From Mytilus trossulus (lineage: Eukaryota), in assembly GCF_036588685.1 (NCBI RefSeq), contig NC_086381.1:47802001-47866000 (forward strand): DNA of 64,000 nt, written 5' to 3'. Shown one piece after another: positions 37,449-53,160 of this stretch. The notes beneath the pieces are model-generated. The model ran no database searches, was not told where the DNA came from, and saw only the letters and a list, made by a program, of their open reading frames with translations. The stretch's first letter is position 1, and every line of letters starts with the position of its first letter. The position numbers were made by a program, and so were the translations under genes.

Positions 37449-40400
37449 CTTTCAAATATTGGCAATAGACACGCATTGTACTTCTAAATTATATAAAAAC
37501 CCATAAACTTGTTTCTTTTAGATTGTAAAACCATATGCACAACGCATGATTACTTTGGAATGTATACTGCAAGCTCAAATTGAATAAAGAGAAAACACGC
37601 CATGAAAACTGAACAAATGATCAAGAAAGGAAATGAGAACCCAATGTAATGTTCAAATAAAATGTATATGTGTGATTTAAAATTATGCTAACCGGTAATA
37701 GATGACTACTTAGACAAGTAAACTAGATATTAGGTCCAAGGCACAGCATTGTTCATGTATGTTGAAAATCCAAAACTCCCATAATTAAAATAATAAAAAT
37801 AAAAACAAGAGCGTGCATACCGATTTTAAAAGGCTTTATAAATATTTGTTATCAATATTATTAAAGTATCCATATTTTATTAAATTATAATCCTGGTACC
37901 TTTGATAACTATTATCATGAAATACCTGCTTTAAAACTCTTTTTTTTCCAGACACATATAAAACAAAAAATACTTGAACCGCTTCTCAAACATAAAACGA
38001 CCCAGTTCATGAGTTAAAACTCAAGAATGTCACTGTGACGGTCCAATAAAAGATCCAATAAATGAAATCAAAATATTTTTGGAGACCTCGTTTGCCATTG
38101 TTCTAAGTCATCCACTAGATTGACAGCCAGTCAACACTGAGGTTGTGTGTTCGTAACCCGCATTTTGAATTACTATACTAGCCAGGTGTCTTCCACAGGT
38201 AGTTTCGACTATAAGTTGATTTTGTATCGAACATATTGAAATTCTCGTGCTTTTGTCTTCATTTGTTATTCTTATCAATAGCAGCTATACCGAAATATAT
38301 TGCATTTCATATATACACGACAAATTGTTATATAAGTTGGAAAATATGATATGCATGTCACATGATATGAAGAAATAATGTTTGTATTAGAGCTCGCATG
38401 GAATATAGATGAAATATTTGCACATGTGGAAGTCAAGTCTTAAAATGACAATACTTGATAAATCTAGTTGATACAAGCAGGTTTAAAGTTATTTTGAAAT
38501 TATTAGGAAAAAAATCACTTTTACCCTGATAACAATATAAATCTTTCAATATATTTAGTGTACAGACGCAAAAAAAGAACCGTCTTTGACGAGCGTGAGA
38601 ACTTCGAAATTTGTTCAAAGAATGGCCAATTGTATCAACAGGTTAATGGACCATTAGTGTTCATAGCATTATAGCATTACAGCTAACATAACGTTTTTAT
38701 TTGTTAAAGACATCAATGTATGTATCGATACAATTTATAGTTTATAGACACAGTATAGATATCAACTTAAAAATGAGCAACTGAAACTCCACCAATAGGA
38801 GGTGATCATAGGGGCTCCAAAATGGTAATCATATTTACCATCAATATTACTAAATAACAGGTATTACGCAACTGTCAATCATTGGCTTAAATACCACGAT
38901 TTTAAAATTACAATAATTTATTATCTGTATATAATGTAGTGGTGCAGCCAAACAGCTGCTTTTTTCCTATTGAAATGTGCATTAATACAAACATATAAAT
39001 AGTTTACAATGTATATCAAATTGTCAAGCTGTAAAATATGCATTAGACTAAATGGTTTATTAGATACACGGGTTTGTTTCCTGTAACATGTTAATAGTAA
39101 TGGGAGTTTTATAGGTTTTGTTCTAGTGATACATTATATTTGCACTACAGAATTTCTTTTTAATCTCTCTATTAATTATATCTCAATATTATAACTTTTC
39201 TTAGATAGTGATTTTGTGTATTTATATCAGAGTTGATGAAAAACGACATCACTATTTATTTCACGGTTTTTCGAAAAGTTAATTGATAGTACTTTCTTAT
39301 CCCATACTTTTATTAATGTGCGCAGCTTCATACATAACAGGAAAATGAATAACATAAAATATGTCCTTTTCTCTTTTATCAATACTTGGTACACAAAAAT
39401 GTGATATGATTTTCAGCAAGGAAATACACAGTTAACGGTTACACTCGAAATAATTTAAACAGCTAAGCCTTTGTGTGATTCACAGGAATAATGTTATCGC
39501 ATATTTCCTGGTGGTTTCGTCGGTACCCATTTTTGTCCCAGCTATTGCTTTATATAATTTTAAATTAATATTTTTATGATTTTGTTCATCCCTTACAACC
39601 CTCATCCCAAAAGCACTGACAACAAACACCCTTCCCTGCCACCTTATAAAGAAAACCAAAACGTAATTAAGGAAATATCTCAACAATCCTGTGTTAGAAT
39701 TAGAACTTCTATTTTTTTCAAGAGCGCCCCTCCCTCCATCAAATCAATGACCTGCATCTTGGTCAAAGTAACAGTTGTATTAAGTAACAAAGTAACACAA
39801 AACTTACCTGCAACAAATGTTAAAAATTGTTCCGATGTAGGCTTTGTAGTTTAAAGTATTAACATCGGAATATTTCACTGATATCATTTAACTATAACAT
39901 TTCAAAACTGTTATGTTAGCCCGATTTATACAAACAACTAGATCTACTTATCAATTTTAATAAGAAATTATGTTGAGGATCAAATTAAAATTGAATTAAA
40001 ATGTGCGTATAATCAAAGAAACTTCAAAGTTCCATGAAATACAACAAACTATAAAAATCGACTATGCTATGGGGTTTGTTGCCAGAACTTCCATCTCCAG
40101 ACATTCTAGTTCTAACGTATCACTATGATTACATGATGCCTTGTTTTAAAGTAATCTTAACTTGAAAGTTTAAATGAGAACCATCTATATGTGATCCAGA
40201 AAATTACATAATAAGTGGTTGCCCACTGACTTCCTTAGAGAGAATTCTTTGTCTGAATTATTTTAAAAAAATCTTAACCCAGTATAAATTTGTCTTTTAA
40301 GGTTCGGTAGTGATAACAGTCTCTGATACCGATTCATGTTCTTACAAAATTTTCTGTAGATAATCATATTATTTTCATGAAAATGTATCGTTCAAAGCTG

Positions 40401-43400
40401 TTGATGTCACCTCATGTAGCACAACATCAAATACTGAAGTATAAATGATAGGATTTTGTCGTAATACAATCAAGTATATATTTGCTTTTATTTCTTTGTA
40501 GTATAGCTGTATAACAACAATTCAATTGACAATCTTACATACAATATCATCGAAGAGGGATGTGGAAAATTTTATATGTTAAATATCGTATTCTGGCATA
40601 CAAAGAAGCGCATGTATAGATATAATACATGAATACATTGATTGTTTAGTTATCTGCACATTAATAAAACTTCATTGAAATGATTCATCATGTTTTATGC
40701 TTATACGTAAAATTCTATTTTCTTCTTTAGACCCCCAATGAGTATGACATAACAGCATAGTCCTATGAAAAAAAGAACAATAAACATAGAATCAGGGGAA
40801 ACGTTACAAAAAAAACCATGCAACACCTATTGACGACGAAATGGACTGACAACTGACATTCAACATGTTTAAACCGAATGTTCTTCAAAGAAACTAGAAA
40901 AAGATTGTATTGCTTAACGTCAAAATCTTAATTAAAAATGTATAGAAAACTATTTGTTTTCGATGAATAATTCATGATTCCTGGGAACACATATCTCCAT
41001 CAAATGCATTACCATTGATACCAGTGCTTTGCTTTTACATAATAAAGTGCAGCAACTAGATAAATGTTCATGATCACATTATGTCGAAGGAGACTTATAA
41101 AGTAAAGGTTAATCTTATAATGTCATTTATTTGTTAGCTTAAATAACAACTTTACACCAAGACTCTAGATATGTTTTCTGACAAATCAAATTATTCAAGA
41201 CAAGAAATAAATGCTAGATTACGTAATCAAGATTTGATGCAAGTTAAAATTTCTGTTTTTCAAGTTAATCAAATGAGTATTACCGCACTAAACCTTCACT
41301 TAATATTAAAAGTAAGCATATAAGGTGTGATTTCAAATGCGAAACATCCTCGCAAGTCCGTGTCAAAAGTAAAGTATCTTGTCAATGGTGTGTTTGGATA
41401 ATTAGGTTTTTGTTGAAATTCTACCGTTTAATGAATTCATTCGCAGTCCAAATATACTCCATTTGTTTTTCGAGCTATTAGTATTAATTATTCTGTAATG
41501 TTAAAATATAATGCATGCCGTCTCGTTCGTTTGCGTAGAGCTTACAGTTAATTGTTCTCTAATTGTGCGCCAGCACATATATAGTTTTAAGAAAATTGCA
41601 TCATCGTCTGCACGGCAACACACCTTCTAGACAATTTTCGAAAATACATAAATACAGGCGTTTTAGTGTAACCTCTTAATAGTGAAAATGCTAATATTTG
41701 TGTTGGTGTTGTATTTAAAAAAAACAGATTATGCCTCTACCAATCGAGAAGCTTTCTATCACTTTTCCTAAATATTGTGAAGAGTATAAAGATTGTAATC
41801 AAGTATCTGCGACTTTTCTACTCCATGTAATGTGTTACTCTTTCAAGAACCGTTTATAAGTTGTCTACGGATATTACCATTTATTGTGCTTACACCGTTT
41901 ATTGTAGTTTTAAAACTAACCTTACCTCACGTCATGTTGGCAGTAATTTAGTCCTGATAAGACAACTACATTGCGAGGACATTATCTATATGATATTTTT
42001 AAGAGAAACACAAAGCTATCAATGGCCTTAGTAGTCTCTGTAATGATTTGTATTACGTTACCTTTTTTAGAATGAAATCCTTCAATGTCAGCCTAACAGT
42101 ATTAACAATATTATGTCATTAAAGTATCCATCTAATTATGCCAGTGATTCCAAGGTTTTCAGTGTTTAAAAGATCATTCATTCATTAATTGGCGTTGCAC
42201 GGTTCCTTAACATGTCCAATGAGACAGCAACGTGAACATTCCTGACATTTTTTTAAAAAGGTACGTTATTGTAAGTTGTTGTCCATTCGTTTGATGTGTT
42301 TTATCATTTGATTTTGCCATTTGATTAGGGACTTTTCGTTTTGAGTTTTCCTCTGAATTGAGTATTTTTTGGTGTTTTTACTTTTTTCTTACTTGAATTT
42401 TAAGTATAATTTTAACGAATGTCTGTTTTCAACGTGGTATAAATTAAACTGAACTTAATCAGTTTTGCATACATGTAGTTGCGTGATGTAATGTTTACAT
42501 GTAAATATAAACCAAATAAAAGATAGAATTAACCTACTATGAACTTACAACATTACAATCGGAGGCATCACATTGATTATTGAGCAGCACATGCATTGCT
42601 ATATATCACACTGTTTTTTCTTCATAGTGTGATCTTTTTCACTGCCGTTCAATTGGGGTGTTTTATAACTGTATGTACTTAACTTGAATATATTTTTCAA
42701 TATCGTAGGTATTTGAAGATATTTAATTGCTTATATAATCGCATTTTGAAATGTGATGGATAGTTGTCAATTATACCACATCTCCTTATTTCTGAATAGT
42801 GTGTACCGATGATTTATAGTGAAGTTTGATGTTTTTCTAATAATACGAAAAGGAAAACACAAAAAAAAAATTGTCTAAAACAAATAAAATATATTAACTG
42901 ATTATTTTTGGGAGTTACAAAATTATCTTTATCGCTATAACATTAGTGTATGTATTTAACAAAGGCTTTGCCAATTTACCCTTATATTATCTTTACACAT
43001 GCGAAAATAAGAAACATACGTGAATCGTAAAATAAGGAACCGTTTAAATAGAAATCCGATTATTTTAACAATTTTTCAAGTATCAATATTTTCACAATGT
43101 TAGTCAAAGCTGTTCACCCAGGAATAATCATCTCTTTATAAAAAAAAATAAAGGCTTTCCAGGTTTTACAATTTGTTTTAGTTTTAGTGCCTTTTGACGA
43201 TTCTTTTAAATATTGTATTTTTCTTTAAAAGCATAGCAAATTTTATGAAATAAAATATAAAAACGTTCCTAACTTCAGAATGATATACACTCAAATATAT
43301 CTTATTTGATCACACAAACATCAGTTTGAAATACTAGCAAAAAGAAATTCATTTTCTTTTATCCTATAGAAAACGTCATAAATCTATAGTAATTGCGGAA

Positions 43401-44644
43401 ATAACTTGTTAATTGCATCCAAGAAATCAAACAGTAATATGACTGGCTCCTACGCTTTAATCCGGTTTACTGTATCTTCATATTCTGGTGTATTTTTCTT
43501 AATCAATTGTTAAAAGCATTGAGAATGAGATAGCCACTTAAAATAAAAAAATCGTACTTCACATTTGCTTTTATGTTACTGATAGATGACTTGGAGAATG
43601 GTTTGTATCTTAACATTTAAGAATACGGCTTGAAATAAGAGGGATTTCTGTAGTCTGTTGAAGGTAATTGTGCTAACCTCAATATCTTTAATTATCATAT
43701 AATTAGTAATATAATATGAAACATTTTTTTACAGTATTTTGACATAACACTTTACGATGCAACATTGGGTGTGTTGAGCAATCTCAATAATTAATATCTG
43801 ACTTATCTAACTTACAGAGGGATATTAACTATAGCTGTTAAATCTTACACAAAGCTGTGAATCCATCAAACTCTCAATTTCACAGACAATGCTATACATA
43901 ATTCAATCGGCCAACGTTTCAAGAGTTTAGGAATAATTTCTGGCACTGTCTTTTTTTTTAAACTTATTCTGTAAACTTAAAATTATATTTTAAACCTTCA
44001 ATCTTCGATAATGTCTCAAACTCATAAAAAAAATGTCAGTTGCCAATGAGGTTTTAATTTAAACACATTGAATATTGGTTGCACAATACGTTACTATATT
44101 AGAAAAGATAACTGAATTAAAAAGACAGGGTGTTAATCTCTTTTTTCAGCATAGTCAGATAGGACAACCACATGACTACTTTGACGTACTTGCGAGAAAA
44201 ATTGAACAAAGTTAGTCATGTTAATGGAACATGAGAACGGAGGACGACAATTAAACACAAATCCAGGAATCAGGGGATGTTGTGATAAAAAATGGAAAAC
44301 CTAAAAAACTGCCAGATTTTCGTCTGGAAGTAAGGCTGGGAGTAAGGTAGAAAAGAGGGAGGAGAATGACGAAAGAAAGAGTTTGCGAAGGAAGTATCAA
44401 TTACGATTTCCTCTTAATCCTTTCTTAAGCACTTCCAATGTTTTCTTCATTTTAATGTGTTGTTGAAAAAAAAGAGAGACACTATCACTATTTACCTAAA
44501 TCAGAAACTGCAGTTTTGGGACACAGCGATCTCACAAATGTATATGTTACGCATATGAGGTAAACATGAATGCACGAAATATAAATTAAATAACACGTAT
44601 CTTTTGAGATAAAAGTACAATTTGTATTATTATGCCTTACATAT

Positions 44645-45100
44645 ATAACAAAGAATTCTAACCTTTAAAATTTACCCCGACGGTGAATAACCCTATTATT
44701 CAACGGCGAATAACCTTTTTAGTGTCTTGATTTGCACTCGCGTTACCTCCCCTGAAAATGACGTCACAGACGTAAATAAACAAGATTTTTGCACTTTTTT
44801 CATGTTAAAGTATTCGGAATCCATATATTTTGTAATATCGATACATAAACTTATCCCTCAACACTAAAAATAACTTTCGATAAACCGAACGTGGCCAATT
44901 ATCTTACGCTGTACACATACAAGTATACAGAAACTATATATTTTTGGAATCAGAGTAAAAAAAAGCTATCATTTGAGATCGGAAGTAACATTTCCTTAAC
45001 CGGAAGTAGCACAGTATCTCCTTAAGTTCACTTTAAAGCATATCAACACTATTAGTTAAAGCATCAGCTTGAGAAACTAGCTTCTTTTCAAAATTTCTTT
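44645..45100. mobile_element. Copy-3-specific insertion, possible non-autonomous DNA or rolling-circle element
   Basis: Absent from the paralogs. Contains a cgg(t/c)gaataacc direct repeat, a gaataa..ttattc hairpin and two cggaagta motifs. Ends not defined. Confidence 0.3.
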
Positions 45101-46797
45101 GATGTGGAAAGACCTTCAATTGTTCTCTGAACAATTGGTTTTTAATTGTATATTAATATTTTTGTTAAATGAATATTAAGTTACATGTATTGGTCAGAAC
45201 ATCAACCTTGTTATTAGTATAAAGTCTAGCGGTATTAGTTTTACTGCACCAGGTACGAATTTCAACAATAATGGTCTAGTCAGGAATGCCCCAAGTCAAA
45301 ATATTTGAAAATCCAAGAAAAATACAATTTACGCACTCACTTAAATTTTATTCAAGAGTATAGCGATAAAGAGCATATATACAAGAGTAGTCACATTTTT
45401 GACAGTATGGTGCAACGTTACTTTAGTGCTTTTCACTTTGTCAACCATCCTTTTAAACAGCATATATTGATTATATGACACAACGCAATCGTTGAATACG
45501 ATATATATCTGTATATATTCAATTGAGAAAGTAAATTTTCAATTTTTCAAATTTTGAAATTTAACTGTCGAGAAATCTTGACAATTTGTACATTACCGCG
45601 GTAAGGTGATGGAAACTTATTCCCTAATGAATTAATGAAAAATGATGAGTTTAATATTACGAATAGATTTGTCCGAAAAATGCTCATAAAAAGTTTTTTC
45701 GCCGTTTGGTATATTACAATCTGATTTCAATTAGTTTCTTATTTAAACAAAATAATAAAACAACAAATTCTAAACAAGCTTTTAATACAAAAGCCAGATG
45801 CGCCCTTATTGATAATGTATCAATTTTGAGTACAAAAGGGAAAATAACTACGTCAAGACTACTTTGTATGTACAGATAATTGAACCTGACATTTGATGTG
45901 TTTCATTCATATAGCTTAACTTTTTGTTATTAATATAGGTCCGAAAAATAGAGTAATATAAAGATAAATAGTTCAGTACCTATGTGAACCCACTTCAAGG
46001 CACTTGTGTTATGTACAAACACCCACTTTGACTTTTGTGGACTTGGTAATTCGTGTCTCTCTTAACTGCCAAACACTTTTGATATGAATGATTAAATGAG
46101 ATGTAGTTAATTCGTCACTTAAAGATGCCAACAAAACAAGCAGTCTGAAGATATCTAGTGGTTAACGTTTTAGTTTATCAGTAAAAAAAAAACGAGTATG
46201 TCTACACTACGCAAAACAATATGCAAATAGTCAATAGATTTGACAAACACTTGTACGTGACATGCTTATTCATGTTTTTTTCAAATTTCATTTATTTCTG
46301 TTAAAAGATTTTCCTTTGAGTTCTGTGTTTTTCACCCCACTTGTGAGCACCGTTTTGGGGCTTATTTTTTGTTGAAAATTTTTATTTGTGGAAGAAGCCG
46401 GTGTGCCCCCGAAAAAAAACGACTTTTTATAAAAACATCTTAACATATAGTATCGGAGGTAAACGAAGACAAAATGCACTGCAAAAGAATAATATTATTC
46501 TTTCGTTGTAAGCTCACGACATGGTACGCAACTTCATCACTAATATGATAAGAGAATGTTAAGCCTCAAATATCATTTTACGGTAAGGAATTTATGAGCT
46601 AATGGTACGATATGGAATCATAGTCCCTAATTATGGCTACATAAAAGTATGATGACAAATACAATGTGAAAGATTACAGTTGAACACAACAGTTCGTAAT
46701 CATAGTGCAACGTTATGTGTGCAAATTAGGATATATTGGGTAATTGCTTAAGAGCTATCAATGACATACTCAAACTCATATATTGAACACAAAATGA

Positions 46798-46960
46798 TTA
46801 TAGTTATCGAAAGTACAAGGCTTTTAATTTGATATGCTAGACGCGCGTTTCGTCATTACAATAATCATCAGTGACGCCAAGATCATAATAGTTTGAAGGT
46901 CAACCACATACAAAGTTCAAAAGCATTAATGATCCAAAATTCCAAAAGACTATACTCTGG
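46798..46960 (-). mobile_element. Old retrozyme fragment with hammerhead core, shared with duplication copy 1
   Basis: Reverse complement of 46834-46878: GGCGUCA-CUGAUGA-UUAUUGUAAUGAC-GAAAC-GCGC-GUC-UAGC. Confidence 0.75.
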
Positions 46961-49900
46961 CAAGTATCCATCAGAGAACAAATTTGAAAATACGAGATTT
47001 TTATTACTCAATACAATCTTGATATAAAAAATATTTCTATGAAAATCTACATGATATGACATCTTAAAATTAACCAAAATTAAAGGAAAGTTTCTAATAT
47101 CACACCATGATTGCTTCTTTGTAATTTAATCTTTCATCTTATGTTAACGTCGGATGTTGTATTTAATGTTAAAATAATTTTGTTATATGTAAGGATAATT
47201 GAATGATTTCAAATGATTACTTCTAATTACTCGGGTTTTCCTTTACAAGCATATTAATTCTGAATATAAATGTTTTATCTAAAACAGCAAGTGTTCCAAA
47301 GAACAGCCAATCAATTACAGCAAATAAAATGATACAAGGCAAGCTATAACGTCACGATTTTATTAATCAAATACTATTTCATTTAAGATACGGGTGGTGT
47401 ATTGAGAAAGTTGCGTCTTTCAACAAACAATTATTAATAATCGGTAATAGTATTAAAGATGATTATAGTGATCAAGGCAACCAATAACTTCGAATATTTT
47501 ATTCTCAGTATAAGTGTTTTATTGGGGAAAGAACACACAATCCGTTATATTAAATACGATTATAGGGATGAAATACTTGACCACATCGCCTTTTTTGATT
47601 TACAAGACATATCATGATAACTACTATATATAAACTAAGTACAACTGTAGATGTGATGGATTTCTACGACGTTATAGTTTCATAGAGAAACAATAAAACT
47701 GTTATCACTAGCCATGCAGTAAAAACACAAAAAAAACGAAACCAATGTTAAATATTATGATATGGAAATAAGATACGATTGCTGAAGAGAGGGGTGAAAG
47801 ATACAAAATTAATATTCATACTTATACGATGTAAAAAAACTTTCCACCAAATACTATGGTTACGTTCAATCAGAGAATGAGGCACACCGGTATAACCGTA
47901 CGAAAAAACTGTCAACATCACATCCGTCAAAGACGTGGTCATTAATTTACTTATCGGCTTACAATCACCTTGACAAATATGTACTTTATCTTTAGAAAAA
48001 GTGTACTTATAACGAGCACTTCAAAATTGGTATATAACAAATTAAAAGAAGGAATAGGGTATAAAACCTGAATTGCATCTTTGTTATTTTTTTCCTCTGA
48101 TTATGACGTCGTAAATTCATGTTCTAGTAATTCATTACCTTGGTTTCACATATTACAAAACAGTATCTTCAAAATTAAAAAAAATTAACATTTTCCTTTA
48201 TTCTTTATTTAAATAGCATATCATTCTCAATGTCAATGCTTTATTTAGCAAATGAAGGATTAAAACGAACAATCGATCGGTTAAAGTAAAAATTAAGATA
48301 TCACATCGCTGATGTTCTTAATGCCATAGTATCCATATAAAGCCTCTTTTTTTTAATTAAACAAAGGAAGTTTAACAACAAACAATAGAACTATTATATT
48401 AAAGACGAAAATAGTTCTTTAATAAAAAGCATGACCAAACCAAGTATTTGATTTTCGGTGATATCGTACAAGAAGAATAAAAAGTAGAACTCAAACTGAT
48501 AAGAGTACACGGATGACCGATTATAGAAACTGAAGAGCAATTCATGCTGTATATAACTATATCATTCGTTCGTACTTATATACGGATTCAGTTATTGGGA
48601 TTTATATTTCGTTCTTAGATAAACAAACATGTTGTTTGAAATGTACTTTTAAAAACAATACAAATATGATTTACATCAAATGATATCTAATACATTTTAG
48701 GTCATAAATTAACTGGAGAATTACGATAACGTTTTCGTTTAGAACCTACAGCCTTTATAGGATGAAATAGATAACGTTTATATATATTTACTTTAGAGGT
48801 CTGACACACGAATTACTTACTACTTTTTTTTTTTTTACATTTCATTAAAGACCTTCACCAATTGGTATCTGCTCCTTTGAAATTCATGATGAGGGAAGAC
48901 ACCAAATCCAACTTAATTGATTATTTTTAGCTTTTTTATCTAGCCTTTAGTGGCAAATAGTTCATTTAAATTCCTGACAAAAAATAACAATTAATATAAG
49001 TACGTACTCTAATAGAGATTGTTTGTGTAGAATTTAAAGATCATGTGATATAAGAACATAAAATCACAATTGTCCTTAGGAGCTGATGGTATAGTGGTAT
49101 TAGCGAGGAACCGAAGTTGTAAATAAGGTATTATAATCCTGGTACCTTTAATAACTTTAATAAATGTCATACGTTGAAAACGTACAACATCATAACATCA
49201 TAACCATCAAATATTAAGCAGTGACGATGTTTTCCATAGCATTGTATTTACGCTAGATTCATTTACTGTGAAAGAAAGCAAGGTTAGAATGACTAACTAA
49301 GAGGATATTACTTTGATCACGCATTATTCATCATGCGTTATTTTATTTTTTTCTATTTGTTATGGTCAAGGTGGAAGTCAAAAGATTTAAACAACAAACT
49401 GTATTCATGACTGTCATATTACCTTTAGTGAAATATGTTTAAAGTCTATTGGGGTGCCGGAAACAGCAATCTGCTTTCTTCAGAACATCACATATGCATG
49501 TAAGATTGCGACAGCAGTCTTCCTTGATTCGGGAATTGAATTCGAAATCAAAGTTTACAACCATGCAATCATCAATAATGCACATGATATTTTTTTAAAT
49601 ATAATTAGATAAGGGTTAACGCCATTAAAAATCCTAACCGAGCAAAAGAGAACATCAATAAATCCAAATAATAAACAATAGCTTTATAAATGAGACACTA
49701 CAAGTTGTGCTGCAATAGGAACACATTTATAGTTACTGCAAAAGATACTGCAAACTATCCTTTATCAAAAGTTAAGTTTCAATATTACAGAAAATCATTA
49801 AATTAGATGTTAAGAATAGCACGAATACATGATGGTGATTTCTTCATTGTCAGAAAATTACTCTTCACCTACTGGTTTCAATTGCATTACAACTTAAATC

Positions 49901-50509
49901 AAGCATTTCGTTTGCTTTACGATGAATTTTTTTCTAAATTATTTTAGAGAACAGTTTTCATACTCGTATCTTGAGAGGACTTCACTTATTCTGTCATGTT
50001 CTAATAAAAAAACAAATCGTAGTACACAGGAACGCATTTAAGATTAAAAATAAAGATCAATTAGGTTGGAACCTCTTATATTATAATTTCGATTAAAATT
50101 CAAAACAAAGAGTGCTTTGTTAGATGTAGTTTTAGCCAAGTGTGTTTCATCCAGCTTTTTTATGAATACTAATCTATTTATTGACTGTGCAAAATAGTGT
50201 TGAAGGCCGTACTTTAACCTATAATGGTTTAATTTTTAAATTGTTATTTGGATGGAGAGTTGTCTCATTGGCACTCACACCACATCTTCCTATATCTTTT
50301 TAACAGATCTTAATTTAAACAAGGAAGCCATAGATGGATTGTGTCTGCAACAAATGACTTATATACAGTTTACAAAAGATTCATGATTATTAGATTTTTG
50401 TACGAACAAATGTACCAGCCTATAAATTATAGAAGGCAATGACTTTATATCTAAACAAGTTGATCAAAGAAAGACGCCATATAAACTTGATATATGTTGG
50501 AAGGGAAAG

Positions 50510-51451
50510 AAAAGAGGGACCAAAGATACCAAAGGGACAGTCAAACTCGTAAATCTAAAACAAACTGACAACGCCATGGCTAACAATGAAAAAGACAAAC
50601 AGAAAAACAATAGTACACATGACACAACATAGAAAACTAAAGAATAAACAACACGAACCCCACCAAAAACTAGGGGTGATCTCAGGTGCTCCGGAAGGGT
50701 AAGCAGATGATGCTCCACATGCGGCACCCGTCGTGTTGCTTATGTGATTACAAATCCGGTAAAAAGTCTAATTCGGTAGGTCAAATTCATGAAAGGGAAG
50801 GGGATTGTAGTTACGACGTTAGGAACATATCCGATATCATTTGTGAAACGGTAATTCCATAACGGTCAACCAACTCGTGATGGCGTCCGTAAAATTTACG
50901 AAAGATGATTTCAACTCACCATTTGGAACTCTTGGTTTAATAGCATCCTTGTGAGCAGTAACCCTCTATCAAGAAAATCATGATAGGAAATGCAAGCACG
51001 GGAATATCGTATCAATTGGGATATATATACCCCGTATGCAGGTCCTGCTGGAATGTTGCTACTAAGAAATGGAAAGTTCACAATTGGAAAGCTGAAATCA
51101 TCTCTTTTGTCGTAAAGTTTTGTCTTCAACCGACCCTCATTGTCAATTTCTAGATGTAAGTCGAGATATGAAGACGACTTAACTGTATCTGTAGTATCCT
51201 TTATCTCCAATTCGATGGGATAGATGCGATCCACATAGTCACCAAATTTTGAATTGTTTAGTGAAAGAACGTCATCTATATAGCGGAAAGTAGAGTTAAA
51301 GGATATTGCTAACTTCTTATCTTTCTTCCTAAGAAGTTCCTGCATGAAGTCAGCCTCATAATAATAAAGAAACAAGTCAGCAAGTAGAGGGGCACAGTTT
51401 GTTCCCATTGGGATGCCGACAGTCTGTTGAAAAACACATCCTCCGAACGTA
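50510..51451 (-). mobile_element. 5'-truncated Penelope-like retroelement, family 1 (C-terminal RT, Naiad-like)
   Basis: ORF 50911-51483 carries RT motifs QQTVGIPMGTNCAP and FRYIDD, plus FPFLSSNIP..AYGVYISQLIRYSRAC. It frameshifts near QEFQMV, has no GIY-YIG after the RT, and its 3' tail ends gtccctctttt. Confidence 0.92.
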
Positions 51452-53160
51452 TACGTCACAGATATCCCCAATTTTTTGTTCAAACAATCTTTTCAAGTTT
51501 ATGAAATATCACACAACAGATATGTTTGTAAACGATATAATTAAGAGAAAAAACCATTATACATATAGATCTCATATTTTATTGCCAGTTATGAATATTT
51601 GTTTGCAATATCAAAAGAGGGACAATTTTAACAACCAATGTGTAATCAGTGACACTAAAGGCCAAACTATATGTACCTTCAACAAGATGAAGAGCAATCA
51701 AAAACATAACCAAAGCAGGGCAAGGAATCCGAGTTTTACATGATTGGATAAACATTACAAAATATGTGCAAATACGAGATATCATCATTAACTGTTTAAA
51801 TGGCAACCATGAACCAAAAATTCAAGCTTACTAGGTGATAGACTCCATGTAGTAGGGTGTGTAATTTTAGTATCGATCTTAAACTGCATTTGTAAATTTA
51901 ACGTATTGTACCCAAAAAAAATTATCTACAAACAAATATTGAAATGTTAAACATGTATCAACATGATCCCTTACAAATTAATTATATGTACTAGGAGGTA
52001 AAATATATGTTATACCTTAGTCAATATTGTTTGTATATTTACTTCTACTTATAGGTGTACTATATTTATAAATCTTATTGTTGTTTTAAATCTTATTTCA
52101 TAAAATTTAACCCATCTGATATTTCTAATTAATCTCCGGGTTTTTGTCGTGTATGAGATCGTTTTGCTGAAAATTTTGACAAGTTGTCTCTGTAAATTTG
52201 TAAATATGCTTGTACTTTGGTTAACATGTACTCTATGTTACTGATTTGCACTTTGTTTAATGTCTTATGTTCGCCGATACTAGCTTTCGTTTTATGGTAA
52301 ATTATAGTCCTATCTGACAATCACCTCACGCTTCTTTTGTTTATTGTTGATCTTACAGAGATTCATTCATGATTAAAATTTTATGGGTTTATCAATAACT
52401 GTAGACACTTTTTCAAGACTGTCTGATAGTCAAGCACAATAGTATATGTCCCTTTACAACTACAATACGATATTTATACATTATATGAGTTTTTTACATC
52501 TGCATTGGATGATAAAAACTAAGTAATCTTGTTAGTTGAGTGAAGAATATGTGCAAAGTGCTGTATTTCGATTTTTTTATTTTTGCAATGAAATAATTGA
52601 TATCGATGAAAGCTATCTTAGTAATACTTTGCTTAAATGTTTGTGACTATGAGCGGTTCAAAAACATGAATATGCTGCAATTGAAAAAAAAGATATGGAT
52701 ACAATGGTTTTTTTTTTAAATATGTAGGGAAGTGTCCTATCGCAGAAAAGGGGATACTTTAAATATTTAATTTGCTTTGTCTTGTAAAAGAAAATCAAGC
52801 AAATAGTTTGTCTTCAATTAGGCTAATTTGATTACTATGTAACGGATTGTGTCTCAGTCAAAAGTTTATGATATTGGACTTTTTAACCTTGTTTTCAATT
52901 TCTCAACAGTTAGAAAGAATACCTAAATTTTAGATTTACTTGATGCACTGAATGTTGTTCGTCGTGTTTAAAACTAATAATTTTTAGTTTGCATTTGCAT
53001 TGACAGACAGATGCCGACACCATCATGACCATTATTCTAGTGAATTCCTTGTAGTAGTCATAACGCTCTTATCTTAAATCATGGACAATACTTTCATGTT
53101 TTACAACCCCGATTGTAATAGGAAATAAGATATTATGTACTTGCTATGACAAAGCTGACA

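Larger units (their letters stand above)
35335..51480. repeat. Segmental duplication unit, copy 3
   Basis: Collinear with copy 1 from ~210 to ~17830, e.g. 47920-48650 vs 14340-15070 and 50330-50500 vs 17650-17810. Start block 35340 matches 54582. Confidence 0.88.

Noticed and set aside
37231-37506. Hydrophobic ORF MPHVEQDLLTLPEHL... (also 2072-2296 and 50464-50727)
   Set aside because: It is the translation of the T-rich 3' region of PLE family 1 and runs into unrelated flanks. It is not a host membrane protein.
38082-38160. tRNA gene
   Set aside because: Only degenerate A/B-box remnants are present, without a cloverleaf. It is better explained as a SINE head.
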